A DNA stretch of 64,000 nt from an uncultured Terracidiphilus sp. (lineage in GTDB: Bacteria > Acidobacteriota > Terriglobia > Terriglobales > Acidobacteriaceae). Positions 48,598 to 56,500 of the stretch are shown in pieces. The position numbers and the translations under genes are program-made. Where the stretch lies: contig CAYLHL010000001.1 in the NCBI GenBank assembly GCA_964383595.1, forward strand, positions 42,676-106,675, written 5' to 3'. Below the pieces are notes generated by a model that saw nothing but the letters and a program-made list of their open reading frames with translations, made no database searches and was not told where the DNA came from. Position 1 is the stretch's first letter. Each line of letters opens with the position of its first letter.

Positions 48598-50727
48598 TTA
48601 CCGGCCTTCTGTCTCGCGCGTGCGGGTCCTGATGTTCCGGTGCAAACCCCAATTCGCTGCCTGGCGAAGCTGGACGACTCGGTCGATGATCTCCTGGCGC
48701 TTTCCTTCATGGACGGAGACTTGGAAGGCGTATTGACCTTGGGGACCCTTGAGAATCGCCAACGTAAGATTGCCACCCACGTTGGCCTTTGCGCCGGGAG
48801 CTTGAGAAGTTTTCAGAACCCCTAGCACCCGATGCGCATGAGCGGCCGGCTGGAGGCATGAGAGCAGTTCCTGAACCTCGGTTTCATCGGTGAAGACGAG
48901 ATCCTCCGCTTCATCCGTTCTGAGTCTGGTTTCGATCGAATGCAGCCGGGCAGCTCGAACTTGAAGAGGATTGGCCGTTTGCCTTTCTCGGTCGAGGGCG
49001 TTTTCCATGTCGGGATCGGTGAATTGCACGAAAATGCCGTATTGGACGGCTGCTCTGACGACTGCCTGCTTCCATTGATCTGTTCCGGTGCAGGCAATTC
49101 TCGATCCATATTTTTGGACGGCCATCTCCAGCCCAAAGACGATTGCCGCATCGTCCTGGTTGAGAACGGTCACTAGGCGCCCGCGGTCGATGACTGAGAC
49201 CCGGCCGTTTAGCATGTACGACACGTCGCCGGTCTTCCGGTTAATCGTCCAGATGCGTGTCGTGGCGATCTGTTGAGCAAGATGCTGGTCCCTCTGTTGA
49301 GCCAATAGCCTCTGCCGCATGAATTCTGCCCAGTCGGATTTGTCATTGTCGCCAGGCGACGGGCCGATATGGAGTGCAGTTGGTTCGAGCGTCGAGTTGA
49401 GCCGCCGCTGATTCCGTTGATCCGCATAGCGCCATCCGCGAAGTTGGGCGGCAGCCCGTGCATCCCCTTCGCTGGCCCTGTCCGCGACCCAAGAGCGGAG
49501 ATCCTTTGGAAATGCCTCTTGGCGCCTTTGTTGAATGGAGACCTTCAGGGCGCGCACTTCGAGCACGGATTGGGCCGTAGCCTGGGAGAGCAGGACTTTC
49601 TTGGCCGGCCATGACAGAGCGGACCTGCGAATTTCCTTCTTTTGTTGCCTCAAGACCTCAAGAAGATATTGCCTGCCCTCCCTGCCGTCTGTCGTGAAGG
49701 CTTTGCACACTTCCCGCTGGCGTTTGCGATACCCGTTATATTCATCCATCAGAGAAGATCGGTCAGCCCGTCGTTGCGCCTTGCGTTCTTCCCTCAGTGC
49801 GCTATTACGAACGGGAGTACGAACGCTATGTTGAGCGATCTCCTGGGGGGATATTGAAGACGGTCTCCATGGTCCAAGAGCGGCTTCAGTGGTTTGTCGG
49901 TTGACCTTGCCTGCGAAGTTGTTCCGGAACACGTCGGACGCTTTTGCCCGGATGTTGTGATCGATGGCAAGGACCGTGTATCCGCCCGAATCACCTTTCT
50001 CAAGTCGGAGATGGGCCTTGGAGAGGAGCAGATGGAGATCATCCCATGTGACGTTGCGTCGGGTGAGCAGTGTGCGTACGCTCGGAGCAACCTCCCGTCG
50101 CACAAAGGATTGGAACGATTCCTGATCCTGATAATGTTCAAATTGTGCTGCGGCACCAGTCGGATGTTGTTGATTCGATCTGTACGCAGTACGTTCGTTC
50201 CTTGATGTAGGTACAGCCTGTTTTGTGTTCTCATCCCAGCGTGCAAGGCCCGGCGTATGAGCCCAACCGTATTTGGTTTCGAGTTGCCTCGCTGCTGTGT
50301 GTAGTAGCGTATGGGACTGATGTGGCGTTGTTGCTCTAAGGGTCTCTGGGTGTACCTTGTTGACCATTATATGAATATGGAAGTGCTTCTTGTCGTCGTG
50401 TGCGACGATCATATATTGATGGTCTTCATATCCGAGTGCTTTCAATGTGTGTAAGGCTGCGTCCGTCCATTGCGGTCGAGTCGGATGTTCTTCTGGAGGC
50501 CATGCCAGTTCATAATGGCATACTGCATCTCGGCAACGATCGTTGAGAGCAGCAACACCTTGCATTTCTCCTGCTGCGGTGTCGAAGCTCAGAAGATTCT
50601 CCGACAAGACCACATCTCCTCGCAATCGAAGCTCTCCAGTACCGGCACCAGGCTCTTGTGTAAGGTATTCATGAAGCCGCTTGAAGCTCGTGGAGTGTTT
50701 TCGAGATGGTTGTACCTTAACAATCAT
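48598..50727 (-). CDS. traI: MOBP relaxase (TraI-like) with C-terminal LPD7-like domain
   Basis: MIVK..LHEYL, HYELAWPPEEHP, H.D..HFHIHIMVNKVHP; IDRG..A.QKYG..GT..WK. Confidence 0.88.
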   Translation of the reverse strand: MIVKVQPSRKHSTSFKRLHEYLTQEPGAGTGELRLRGDVVLSENLLSFDTAAGEMQGVAALNDRCRDAVCHYELAWPPEEHPTRPQWTDAALHTLKALGYEDHQYMIVAHDDKKHFHIHIMVNKVHPETLRATTPHQSHTLLHTAARQLETKYGWAHTPGLARWDENTKQAVPTSRNERTAYRSNQQHPTGAAAQFEHYQDQESFQSFVRREVAPSVRTLLTRRNVTWDDLHLLLSKAHLRLEKGDSGGYTVLAIDHNIRAKASDVFRNNFAGKVNRQTTEAALGPWRPSSISPQEIAQHSVRTPVRNSALREERKAQRRADRSSLMDEYNGYRKRQREVCKAFTTDGREGRQYLLEVLRQQKKEIRRSALSWPAKKVLLSQATAQSVLEVRALKVSIQQRRQEAFPKDLRSWVADRASEGDARAAAQLRGWRYADQRNQRRLNSTLEPTALHIGPSPGDNDKSDWAEFMRQRLLAQQRDQHLAQQIATTRIWTINRKTGDVSYMLNGRVSVIDRGRLVTVLNQDDAAIVFGLEMAVQKYGSRIACTGTDQWKQAVVRAAVQYGIFVQFTDPDMENALDRERQTANPLQVRAARLHSIETRLRTDEAEDLVFTDETEVQELLSCLQPAAHAHRVLGVLKTSQAPGAKANVGGNLTLAILKGPQGQYAFQVSVHEGKRQEIIDRVVQLRQAANWGLHRNIRTRTRETEGR

Positions 50728-51059
50728 GTTCGCTTTACCCCAACGATTTCGAGCGCCCTTACTGCGCTAATCACCGCGGACAGTGTCGAATTCAGTCCCT
50801 TCCGCAGACCTTCTTCATCGGGAAGACCTTTGATCTGCTTCAGCAGGAGCTTTTGAAGCCCACCGAGTCTTGCAAGCTCCCCTAAAGCCTTTTGGTCCAT
50901 CTTCGAAACGATTCGCTTGTTGAGCGAGACCCTTCGTATGTACTCGCTCATGCTCATGCCGGCAATCTTGGCCTGGGCTCTGATGATGGCCTTCTCTGCA
51001 TCCGTCATCCTGACGAAGAGCCTTAATGTGGCGCCTTCAGTCCGTTTAGGTCTTGCCAT
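50724..51059 (-). CDS. Relaxosome accessory protein (TraJ/MobC-like RHH)
   Basis: VRMTDAEKA.I...A..AGMSMSEYIR, ELARLGGLQK; overlaps relaxase start. Confidence 0.82.
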   Translation of the reverse strand: MARPKRTEGATLRLFVRMTDAEKAIIRAQAKIAGMSMSEYIRRVSLNKRIVSKMDQKALGELARLGGLQKLLLKQIKGLPDEEGLRKGLNSTLSAVISAVRALEIVGVKRT

Positions 51060-51074
51060 TGGATTCTCCTGTTC

Positions 51075-51210
51075 TGTGGGGTCTCGGGGCGTAGCCCTGA
51101 GCAAGATGCGCAACCATTTCTCCGAGTAGCCGCAGGCGGATTGGAGAAATGGTGGTGGACGCGCGGAACCCCGAAGGGGTTTCGTGCGTACAGCGCCCAT
51201 CTTGCCGTCT
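51075..51210. other. Origin of transfer (oriT)
   Basis: Lies between divergent traJ-like and traK-like genes; hairpin followed by CATCTTGC (cf. IncP nic YATCCTG/Y) at 51198-51205, inverted copy at 51101-51108. Confidence 0.72.
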
Positions 51211-51308
51211 CTCTCAAGCATTCCGTTACTAGAATAATACATTTATGCTGTAATATCTATGGTATTGTTTCTTCGTGCCGTTGATGAAGGCGGAGATGGG
51301 GAAAAGGG

Positions 51309-51683
51309 ATGGAAAAAGAGCGACGTAAAGTGCAAATGTTCACCGCAGAGCAAGTGCAGGGGCTTCGCACATACCTGGCTCAAAAGGAAACAGAGCCTCC
51401 CCCACAACCTGAGACGTTCATGATGGGGGAGATTGTACGAGCTGTGTACCCGGAACTGAAAAAACTACGGGAAAATGGCTATTCGCTGAAGGTGCTGGTG
51501 CGTGTATTGGAAGAGAAGGGCGTTGTAATCACAGCCAATGCCCTATCAACATACATGGCGAAACTGGCGTCGCCAAGAGATGAGTTGCAACCGAGAGCTG
51601 TTCGTAAGGGAAGTTCGGTGCTTTCGTCAACTGTTGAAGTAAGGCGTGGACAATTCCAGATGAAAGCGGACGTACCGCTGTAA
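51309..51683 (+). CDS. TraK/StbA-like oriT-adjacent protein
   Basis: L.KLRENGYSL..LV..LE..GV.IT..ALSTY; position divergent from oriT. Confidence 0.6.
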   Translation: MEKERRKVQMFTAEQVQGLRTYLAQKETEPPPQPETFMMGEIVRAVYPELKKLRENGYSLKVLVRVLEEKGVVITANALSTYMAKLASPRDELQPRAVRKGSSVLSSTVEVRRGQFQMKADVPL

Positions 51684-51697
51684 GAAAGGTGTGAAGT

Positions 51698-52399
51698 ATG
51701 GCGCGAGTGTTCTTTGTGACAGGTAGTAAGGGCGGCGTTGGAAAGTCGGTGGGCTCGATCGGTCTCCTCGACTACTTCGAGATGAGGAATCGTAAGGTCT
51801 CGCTCGTGGAGACCGATACGGCGAACCCAGATGTTGGCAAAGCCTACCAGAAGGATGTGAAGTCTTTCTCTCTCGTGAACCTGGATGAGAACGAAGGTTG
51901 GCTTGATCTTCTCGACATTGTGGATGCGAGCAAGGACGATGAGGTTGTCGTCAATACAGCCGCACGAAACAATGAAGGGGTCAATCGCCACGGTTCAATG
52001 TTCGATGAAAAGCTGAATGAATTTGGCTGGCCCTTCATCACACTGTTCCTTATCAACCAGCAGCGAGACAGTTGCGAGATGCTGAGCGAATACATGAACG
52101 TGGTGAAGTACGGCAGGATTCATGTCGTTCGCAATCGGTTCTTCGGTATTGCTCCGTCGTTGTTCGAGTTGTACGACAATTCCGCTTTGCGGAAGTCGGT
52201 GGAGACAAGGGAAGGATTGTCGCTATACCTCCCTCAGCTTGCCACGCGTGTCACCAATCTTGTGCAGAGCAATCGGCTGACGCTCGAAAAGGCGTGGCAG
52301 ACTGCAACGTTGGGTAGTCGCGCGGAGATCGAACGGTGGCGCCGGGAATGCGCTCAGAACATCTTCGATAGGGTCTGCGACGATGATTTCACCAAGTGA
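51698..52399 (+). CDS. TraL/MobD-like ParA-type P-loop protein
   Basis: GSKGGVGKS, ETDTANPD, VVVNTAAR. Confidence 0.75.
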   Translation: MARVFFVTGSKGGVGKSVGSIGLLDYFEMRNRKVSLVETDTANPDVGKAYQKDVKSFSLVNLDENEGWLDLLDIVDASKDDEVVVNTAARNNEGVNRHGSMFDEKLNEFGWPFITLFLINQQRDSCEMLSEYMNVVKYGRIHVVRNRFFGIAPSLFELYDNSALRKSVETREGLSLYLPQLATRVTNLVQSNRLTLEKAWQTATLGSRAEIERWRRECAQNIFDRVCDDDFTK

Positions 52400-53009
52400 C
52401 GATCTGTACAGCGTCTTTCTTGCGGATCTATCCGAGTCCGAACGCGAACGTGTCAGGTTATACGCTGACACGTTCGGGATCGAGCCAACGGATGCCGTAT
52501 GGGCTTTGATGATTGTGCTTGGCCGGTACAGCGACCTGTATGAGGCAGTCCCGGAAAAGATCAAAGTAACCGTGCAGGGCATTCTGGAGAAAATTCAGTC
52601 GGCAGCCGCGGCTGAAGCTGAGGCTTCGAGGGTCCGTCTGCAGGCGTCTTTGACAGATGCAGTGGTCGGTGCGGCCGAGTCTGTAGCGGCAAGAAAAGGC
52701 CGCCGCGAGCTTCTGAAATGGAGCGCAATTGCTTCGTCTGCCGGGGTGCTCATGGTCGCCGGTGTTTTTGTTCTTGGGTATTGGCTGGGTTTCGATCACG
52801 GTCGAGCTCGTGGTTTCAATGCCGGTGTTGAAGGGCACCTTGTGTCGTCATGGGCACTCTCTGTGGATGGATTGCGGGCGTACGAGCTTTGGGAAGCCGG
52901 TGATCTGGAGCATTTGAGTGCGTGCGATCGGCCTGGTTGGAAATTGGATTCTGGGGTGTGTTACCCCAAGGCTGACGAAGGGAAACTGTATGGTTGGCGC
53001 GTTCGGTGA
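52383..53009 (+). CDS. TraM/MobE-like membrane protein
   Basis: GI..TDAVW.L...L..Y..LY..VP, TM helix, C.RPGW...G.CYP. Confidence 0.65.
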   Translation: MISPSDDLYSVFLADLSESERERVRLYADTFGIEPTDAVWALMIVLGRYSDLYEAVPEKIKVTVQGILEKIQSAAAAEAEASRVRLQASLTDAVVGAAESVAARKGRRELLKWSAIASSAGVLMVAGVFVLGYWLGFDHGRARGFNAGVEGHLVSSWALSVDGLRAYELWEAGDLEHLSACDRPGWKLDSGVCYPKADEGKLYGWRVR

Positions 53010-53138
53010 GACCGAGCGTGAATCAAGTGCAACTCAACACGTTGAAAAGGTGTGGGAGCAAATCTGCGAACAAACAACGGAACACGGTCTTGCGCCTTAC
53101 ATTTCCGTCGAAGACTGTGCGCTCTGGGGAGATTCATC

Positions 53139-53357
53139 ATGATGGAAGACAACATCAAAGACATGCGTATGAGTCCTGAGCCCTTCGTCGATGCCAACGC
53201 GGCGGGGACATACCTGAAACTCCATCCGGTCACCGTGCAGCGGTTTGCCCGCATGGGCAGTCTTCCTGCACATCCCATACAGAAAGGAAGCAGGAAGCAT
53301 TGGCGATTCCTGCTGTCTGAATTGGGCGACTGGCTCAAGGGCAGGACCGGAGAATAA
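53139..53357 (+). CDS. Excisionase-like HTH protein
   Basis: EPFVDA..A..YL.LHPVTV.R.AR.G.LPAHP..WRF.LSEL..W; upstream of integrase. Confidence 0.78.
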   Translation: MMEDNIKDMRMSPEPFVDANAAGTYLKLHPVTVQRFARMGSLPAHPIQKGSRKHWRFLLSELGDWLKGRTGE

Positions 53358-53503
53358 TTAGCCCCAGTTGAGGCTGAATCGGCCCACAGAATCATGATGT
53401 TTATCAACAACCTGCATGTGAAAAGGCATCTTTCCATGAGTGATTTTTCGATGTACAGTTTGAATACCGATGCATTCTGCGCCCTCAGCGGAAGGAGGAT
53501 TTC

Positions 53504-54760
53504 ATGAGGAAGGCGCGGAAACAGAATGGCTCTCTTTATATGGATGTGAACGGGAGTAAAACCCCGGTCTGGATGTTCAGTTGGCAGCATGTTCTTCCAA
53601 CCGGGCGTCGTGTCCGTCGAAAGAGACAAGTAGGCACCCTTGACCAGTACAAGACAGAGGCCGCAGCGGAACGGGCGGTGCGAAGTTGGCGGCTGGCCAT
53701 CAACTCCAATCAGGCACACGCATTCTCTGGAATCACGATGAAGGATCTGATCGAACACTTTCGGCTCAAAGAACTGGCAGGCAATGGCGAGGATCGACGC
53801 GCCTGGTCTACCCGTCACCGTTACGAATGCTACCTCAAGAGTTGGATTGAGCCGAGGTGGGGCAAAGAGGAATTGGCAACCATCAAAACGCCGATAGTTG
53901 AAGAATGGCTGGAACAGCTCATACCGCTCGAACGGAAGCACCACAAACTGAAGAGCGGACAAGCGGCTAAGAGAGACTTCAAACCTCTTGCTCCGGCTAC
54001 CAAGGCCAAGATCCGCAATCTGATGAGTGTGCTCTTCAATCACGCTATCCGGTGGGAATTCACGGACAGGAATCCGATCAGAGGGTTGACCCGCGGTTCC
54101 GGCGTTCGTCAGAGTTCTAAGCGGGAGAAAGTTCCCGACATCCTGGAAGTCGCCGAGATGCAGGCCATTGTCGCTGAGCTTCAGTTGAGGGAGCGTGTGT
54201 TGCTTTTCTTGGACATGACGACCGGACTGCGGCGCGGCGAACTGGCTGGACTCAAATGGCAGGACATTGATTTTGAAAATATGCAAATCGATGTCAACAG
54301 GTCGGTCGTGAGCCAAGTCGTGGGCCGGTGCAAGACGGAAGCTTCTCAGAAGCCGGTGCCAATGGACGGTTGCACTGCACAACTCCTTCAGAGTTGGTTG
54401 CAGGTGACGCCGTACCGGAATCCGGAGGACTGGGTTTTTGCTTCCAACAGCAGCCGGGCAGGAGAGAAGCGTGGGAAACAGCCGTTATGGTTGCAGACCA
54501 TCATGCGCTATCACATCCAGCCGGTGGTCGAGCGGCTCGGCATCACCAAGCGGGTCTCTTGGCACACCTTCCGGCGCACCTTCGCAACGCTCCTCAAAGC
54601 CAACGGCGAGGACATCAAAGTTGTGCAGGAGCTGTTGCGGCATGGTTCGACACGCGTGACTCTGGACATCTACGCACAGGCGCAGATGCCCGCAAAACGG
54701 GCGGCACAGCAGAAGGTCGTCGAGATGGTACGGGCCAAACCCCTTCCATTGGCGGTCTAA
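53504..54760 (+). CDS. int: Tyrosine recombinase/integrase
   Basis: TGLRRGEL, WHTFRRT, LLRH, TLDIY catalytic set. Confidence 0.93.
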   Translation: MRKARKQNGSLYMDVNGSKTPVWMFSWQHVLPTGRRVRRKRQVGTLDQYKTEAAAERAVRSWRLAINSNQAHAFSGITMKDLIEHFRLKELAGNGEDRRAWSTRHRYECYLKSWIEPRWGKEELATIKTPIVEEWLEQLIPLERKHHKLKSGQAAKRDFKPLAPATKAKIRNLMSVLFNHAIRWEFTDRNPIRGLTRGSGVRQSSKREKVPDILEVAEMQAIVAELQLRERVLLFLDMTTGLRRGELAGLKWQDIDFENMQIDVNRSVVSQVVGRCKTEASQKPVPMDGCTAQLLQSWLQVTPYRNPEDWVFASNSSRAGEKRGKQPLWLQTIMRYHIQPVVERLGITKRVSWHTFRRTFATLLKANGEDIKVVQELLRHGSTRVTLDIYAQAQMPAKRAAQQKVVEMVRAKPLPLAV

Positions 54761-54770
54761 AAGGGCGCTT

Positions 54771-54860
54771 AAACGCTCCCCAAAATGCTCCGCGGCTGAA
54801 ACAGGGGAAACTTGCTAAGTTATTGATTTAATTTGGCGTCCCCGACGGGATTTGAACCCG
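54771..54860. other. Putative att junction with arm-type repeats
   Basis: AAACGCTCC / AAATGCTCC direct repeat (54771, 54783) and CTAAGTTATTGATTT abutting the tRNA 3' end. Confidence 0.5.
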
Positions 54861-54911
54861 TGTTATCGCCGTGAAAGGGCGGTGTCCTGGGCCGGGCTAG
54901 ACGACGGGGAC
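54834..54911 (-). tRNA. tRNA-Glu (TTC)
   Basis: GTCCCCG acceptor stem, CTTTCAC anticodon loop, GGTTCAAATCC T arm, encoded CCA. Confidence 0.97.
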
Positions 54912-55259
54912 GCAGACAGAAGCCAATAATCGGCCGCGATTGGCCGCTAGCTCCCTTACGAAGGCTACCAACTCTGCCGGGCTGTGTCAAAAAATCAAGA
55001 TCACCGGCTGAAATCATGGGAGACTTTTTAGCAAAAACCGGGAAGGGTATCAAAATACGCGACGGCGATGGCGCGTTCCCTGGACGGCGTGACCAGCTTC
55101 AACCCCTTTGTTTGGAAGGGTAAAAACGTCGAATGACAATGCCTCCATCAAGGTCAGGAGGGCAAAGATTGTTTTTTTGCGTCGATCTCCCGGCTCCAGG
55201 CGTCACAATATAGACAACGTCCTTGAATGGATTCTTCAGATAAGGTGAGGAAGAACGAC

Positions 55260-56357
55260 TTGAAACGTATTTACGAGATGGGTTGTTTTGTACTTCTAGG
55301 GTTGGCGATGGTCGGCTGCGAGAAGAAGCCAGCGGCATCTGGCGCGGCCGGGATGCAGGCCATGCCGGTGCAGACAGCGGCCGTAACGCTCGAGCCGGTG
55401 GCACAGTCCAGCGAGTATGTGGCCACCATCAAGTCACGCCGCTCGGCTACGCTGTTGCCGCAGGTGAGCGGCGTGCTGACCCAGATTCGCGTTCACTCGG
55501 GCGAAGCCGTCAAGGCGGGGCAATTGTTGATGGAGATTGATCCGAGGCAGCAGATGGCCACAGTCTCCTCAGCGCGCGCCACCGAGAGGCAGAAGAAGGC
55601 CGTTTACGATTACAACGTAGTGGAAGTTGAGCGGCAGCGCAAGCTCTTCGAGGCCGGCGTTACCAGCCGCGATACCTACGACCAGGCGCGGCAATCGCAT
55701 GACAACTCAAAGGCGGATTACGAGTCCGCGGTAGCGCTGCGCAAGACGCAAGAGGAACAATTAGCCTACTATTCTATCCGCGCTCCGTTTGGCGGCGTGG
55801 TGGGCGACATCCCGGTGCATGTGGGCGACTTCGCTTCGCCGATGAATTCGCCGGCGACTGTACTGACCACGGTGGATGAGAACCGGGAACTGGAAGCCTA
55901 CATCTATGTGCCCACGGAGCGCGCTGGCCAGGTGCGCAGAGGGCTGGCCGTGGAATTGATGGATAACAGCGGCAAACTGCTGGAGAAAACGCAGATTGAC
56001 TTTCTCTCCCCGCAGGTTGATCCAACGCTCCAGGGAATTCTAGTGAAAGCGCCAGTGCAAACCAAGTTGGAAGTTCTGCGGAACGCGCAGATGATCAAGG
56101 CGCGCGTCATCTGGAGCATCACGCCCATGGCGGTTGTGCCGGTGCTGGCGGTCACACGGCAGGGCGGACAGAGCTTTGTCTTTGTGGCACAGACTCAGGA
56201 CGGCCACGTTGTGGCTCATCAATCCGCTGTCACCTTGGGCGACACAGTGGGCAACAACTACTCCATCTCTTCAGGACTGAATGTCGGCGACCGCGTGATC
56301 GTCTCCGCTACGCAGTTCCTTGTGAACGGAATGCCGGTGGTGCCGATGGGCGGCTGA
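55260..56357 (+). CDS. RND efflux periplasmic adaptor (lipoprotein)
   Basis: Lipobox MVGC, PQVSG, G..VKAGQLL, IRAPF.G.VG; TTG start after GAGG (ORF open from 55227). Confidence 0.9.
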   Translation: MKRIYEMGCFVLLGLAMVGCEKKPAASGAAGMQAMPVQTAAVTLEPVAQSSEYVATIKSRRSATLLPQVSGVLTQIRVHSGEAVKAGQLLMEIDPRQQMATVSSARATERQKKAVYDYNVVEVERQRKLFEAGVTSRDTYDQARQSHDNSKADYESAVALRKTQEEQLAYYSIRAPFGGVVGDIPVHVGDFASPMNSPATVLTTVDENRELEAYIYVPTERAGQVRRGLAVELMDNSGKLLEKTQIDFLSPQVDPTLQGILVKAPVQTKLEVLRNAQMIKARVIWSITPMAVVPVLAVTRQGGQSFVFVAQTQDGHVVAHQSAVTLGDTVGNNYSISSGLNVGDRVIVSATQFLVNGMPVVPMGG

Positions 56358-56416
56358 GGAGACGCGGTTTATCGACAATCTCACAATCGAAATTCGAGCC
56401 ACCCGTCAATCCATGT

Positions 56417-56477
56417 AACCGCAGGTTGTTCGACTGCTCTTGAAGTAAGATCGCGCCAAACTCCGCTTAGGATGACA
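56417..56477. repeat. Possible degenerate REP-like element
   Basis: AACCGCAGGTTGTTCGACT...CTCCGCTTAGGATGACA resembles intergenic ..CGCTCAGGATGACA repeats; single copy here. Confidence 0.35.
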
Positions 56478-56500
56478 GCGTATTAGGGAAGGGAAAACCC

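Larger units (their letters stand above)
6826..54833. mobile_element. Integrative conjugative/mobilisable element at tRNA-Glu; left boundary uncertain
   Basis: Integrase and excisionase next to the tRNA 3' end; relaxase, coupling protein, ssb, topoisomerase and defence cargo; no second att copy found by eye. Confidence 0.8.

Noticed and set aside
52961..54382. 473-aa minus-strand ORF
   Set aside because: Antisense shadow of the integrase; the same applies to 57383-58666 over the RND permease and most other overlapping ORFs
54866..54883. C-A mismatch at the top of the tRNA anticodon stem as a sign of a pseudo-tRNA
   Set aside because: All other arms and the CCA are intact, and a terminal mismatch is tolerated
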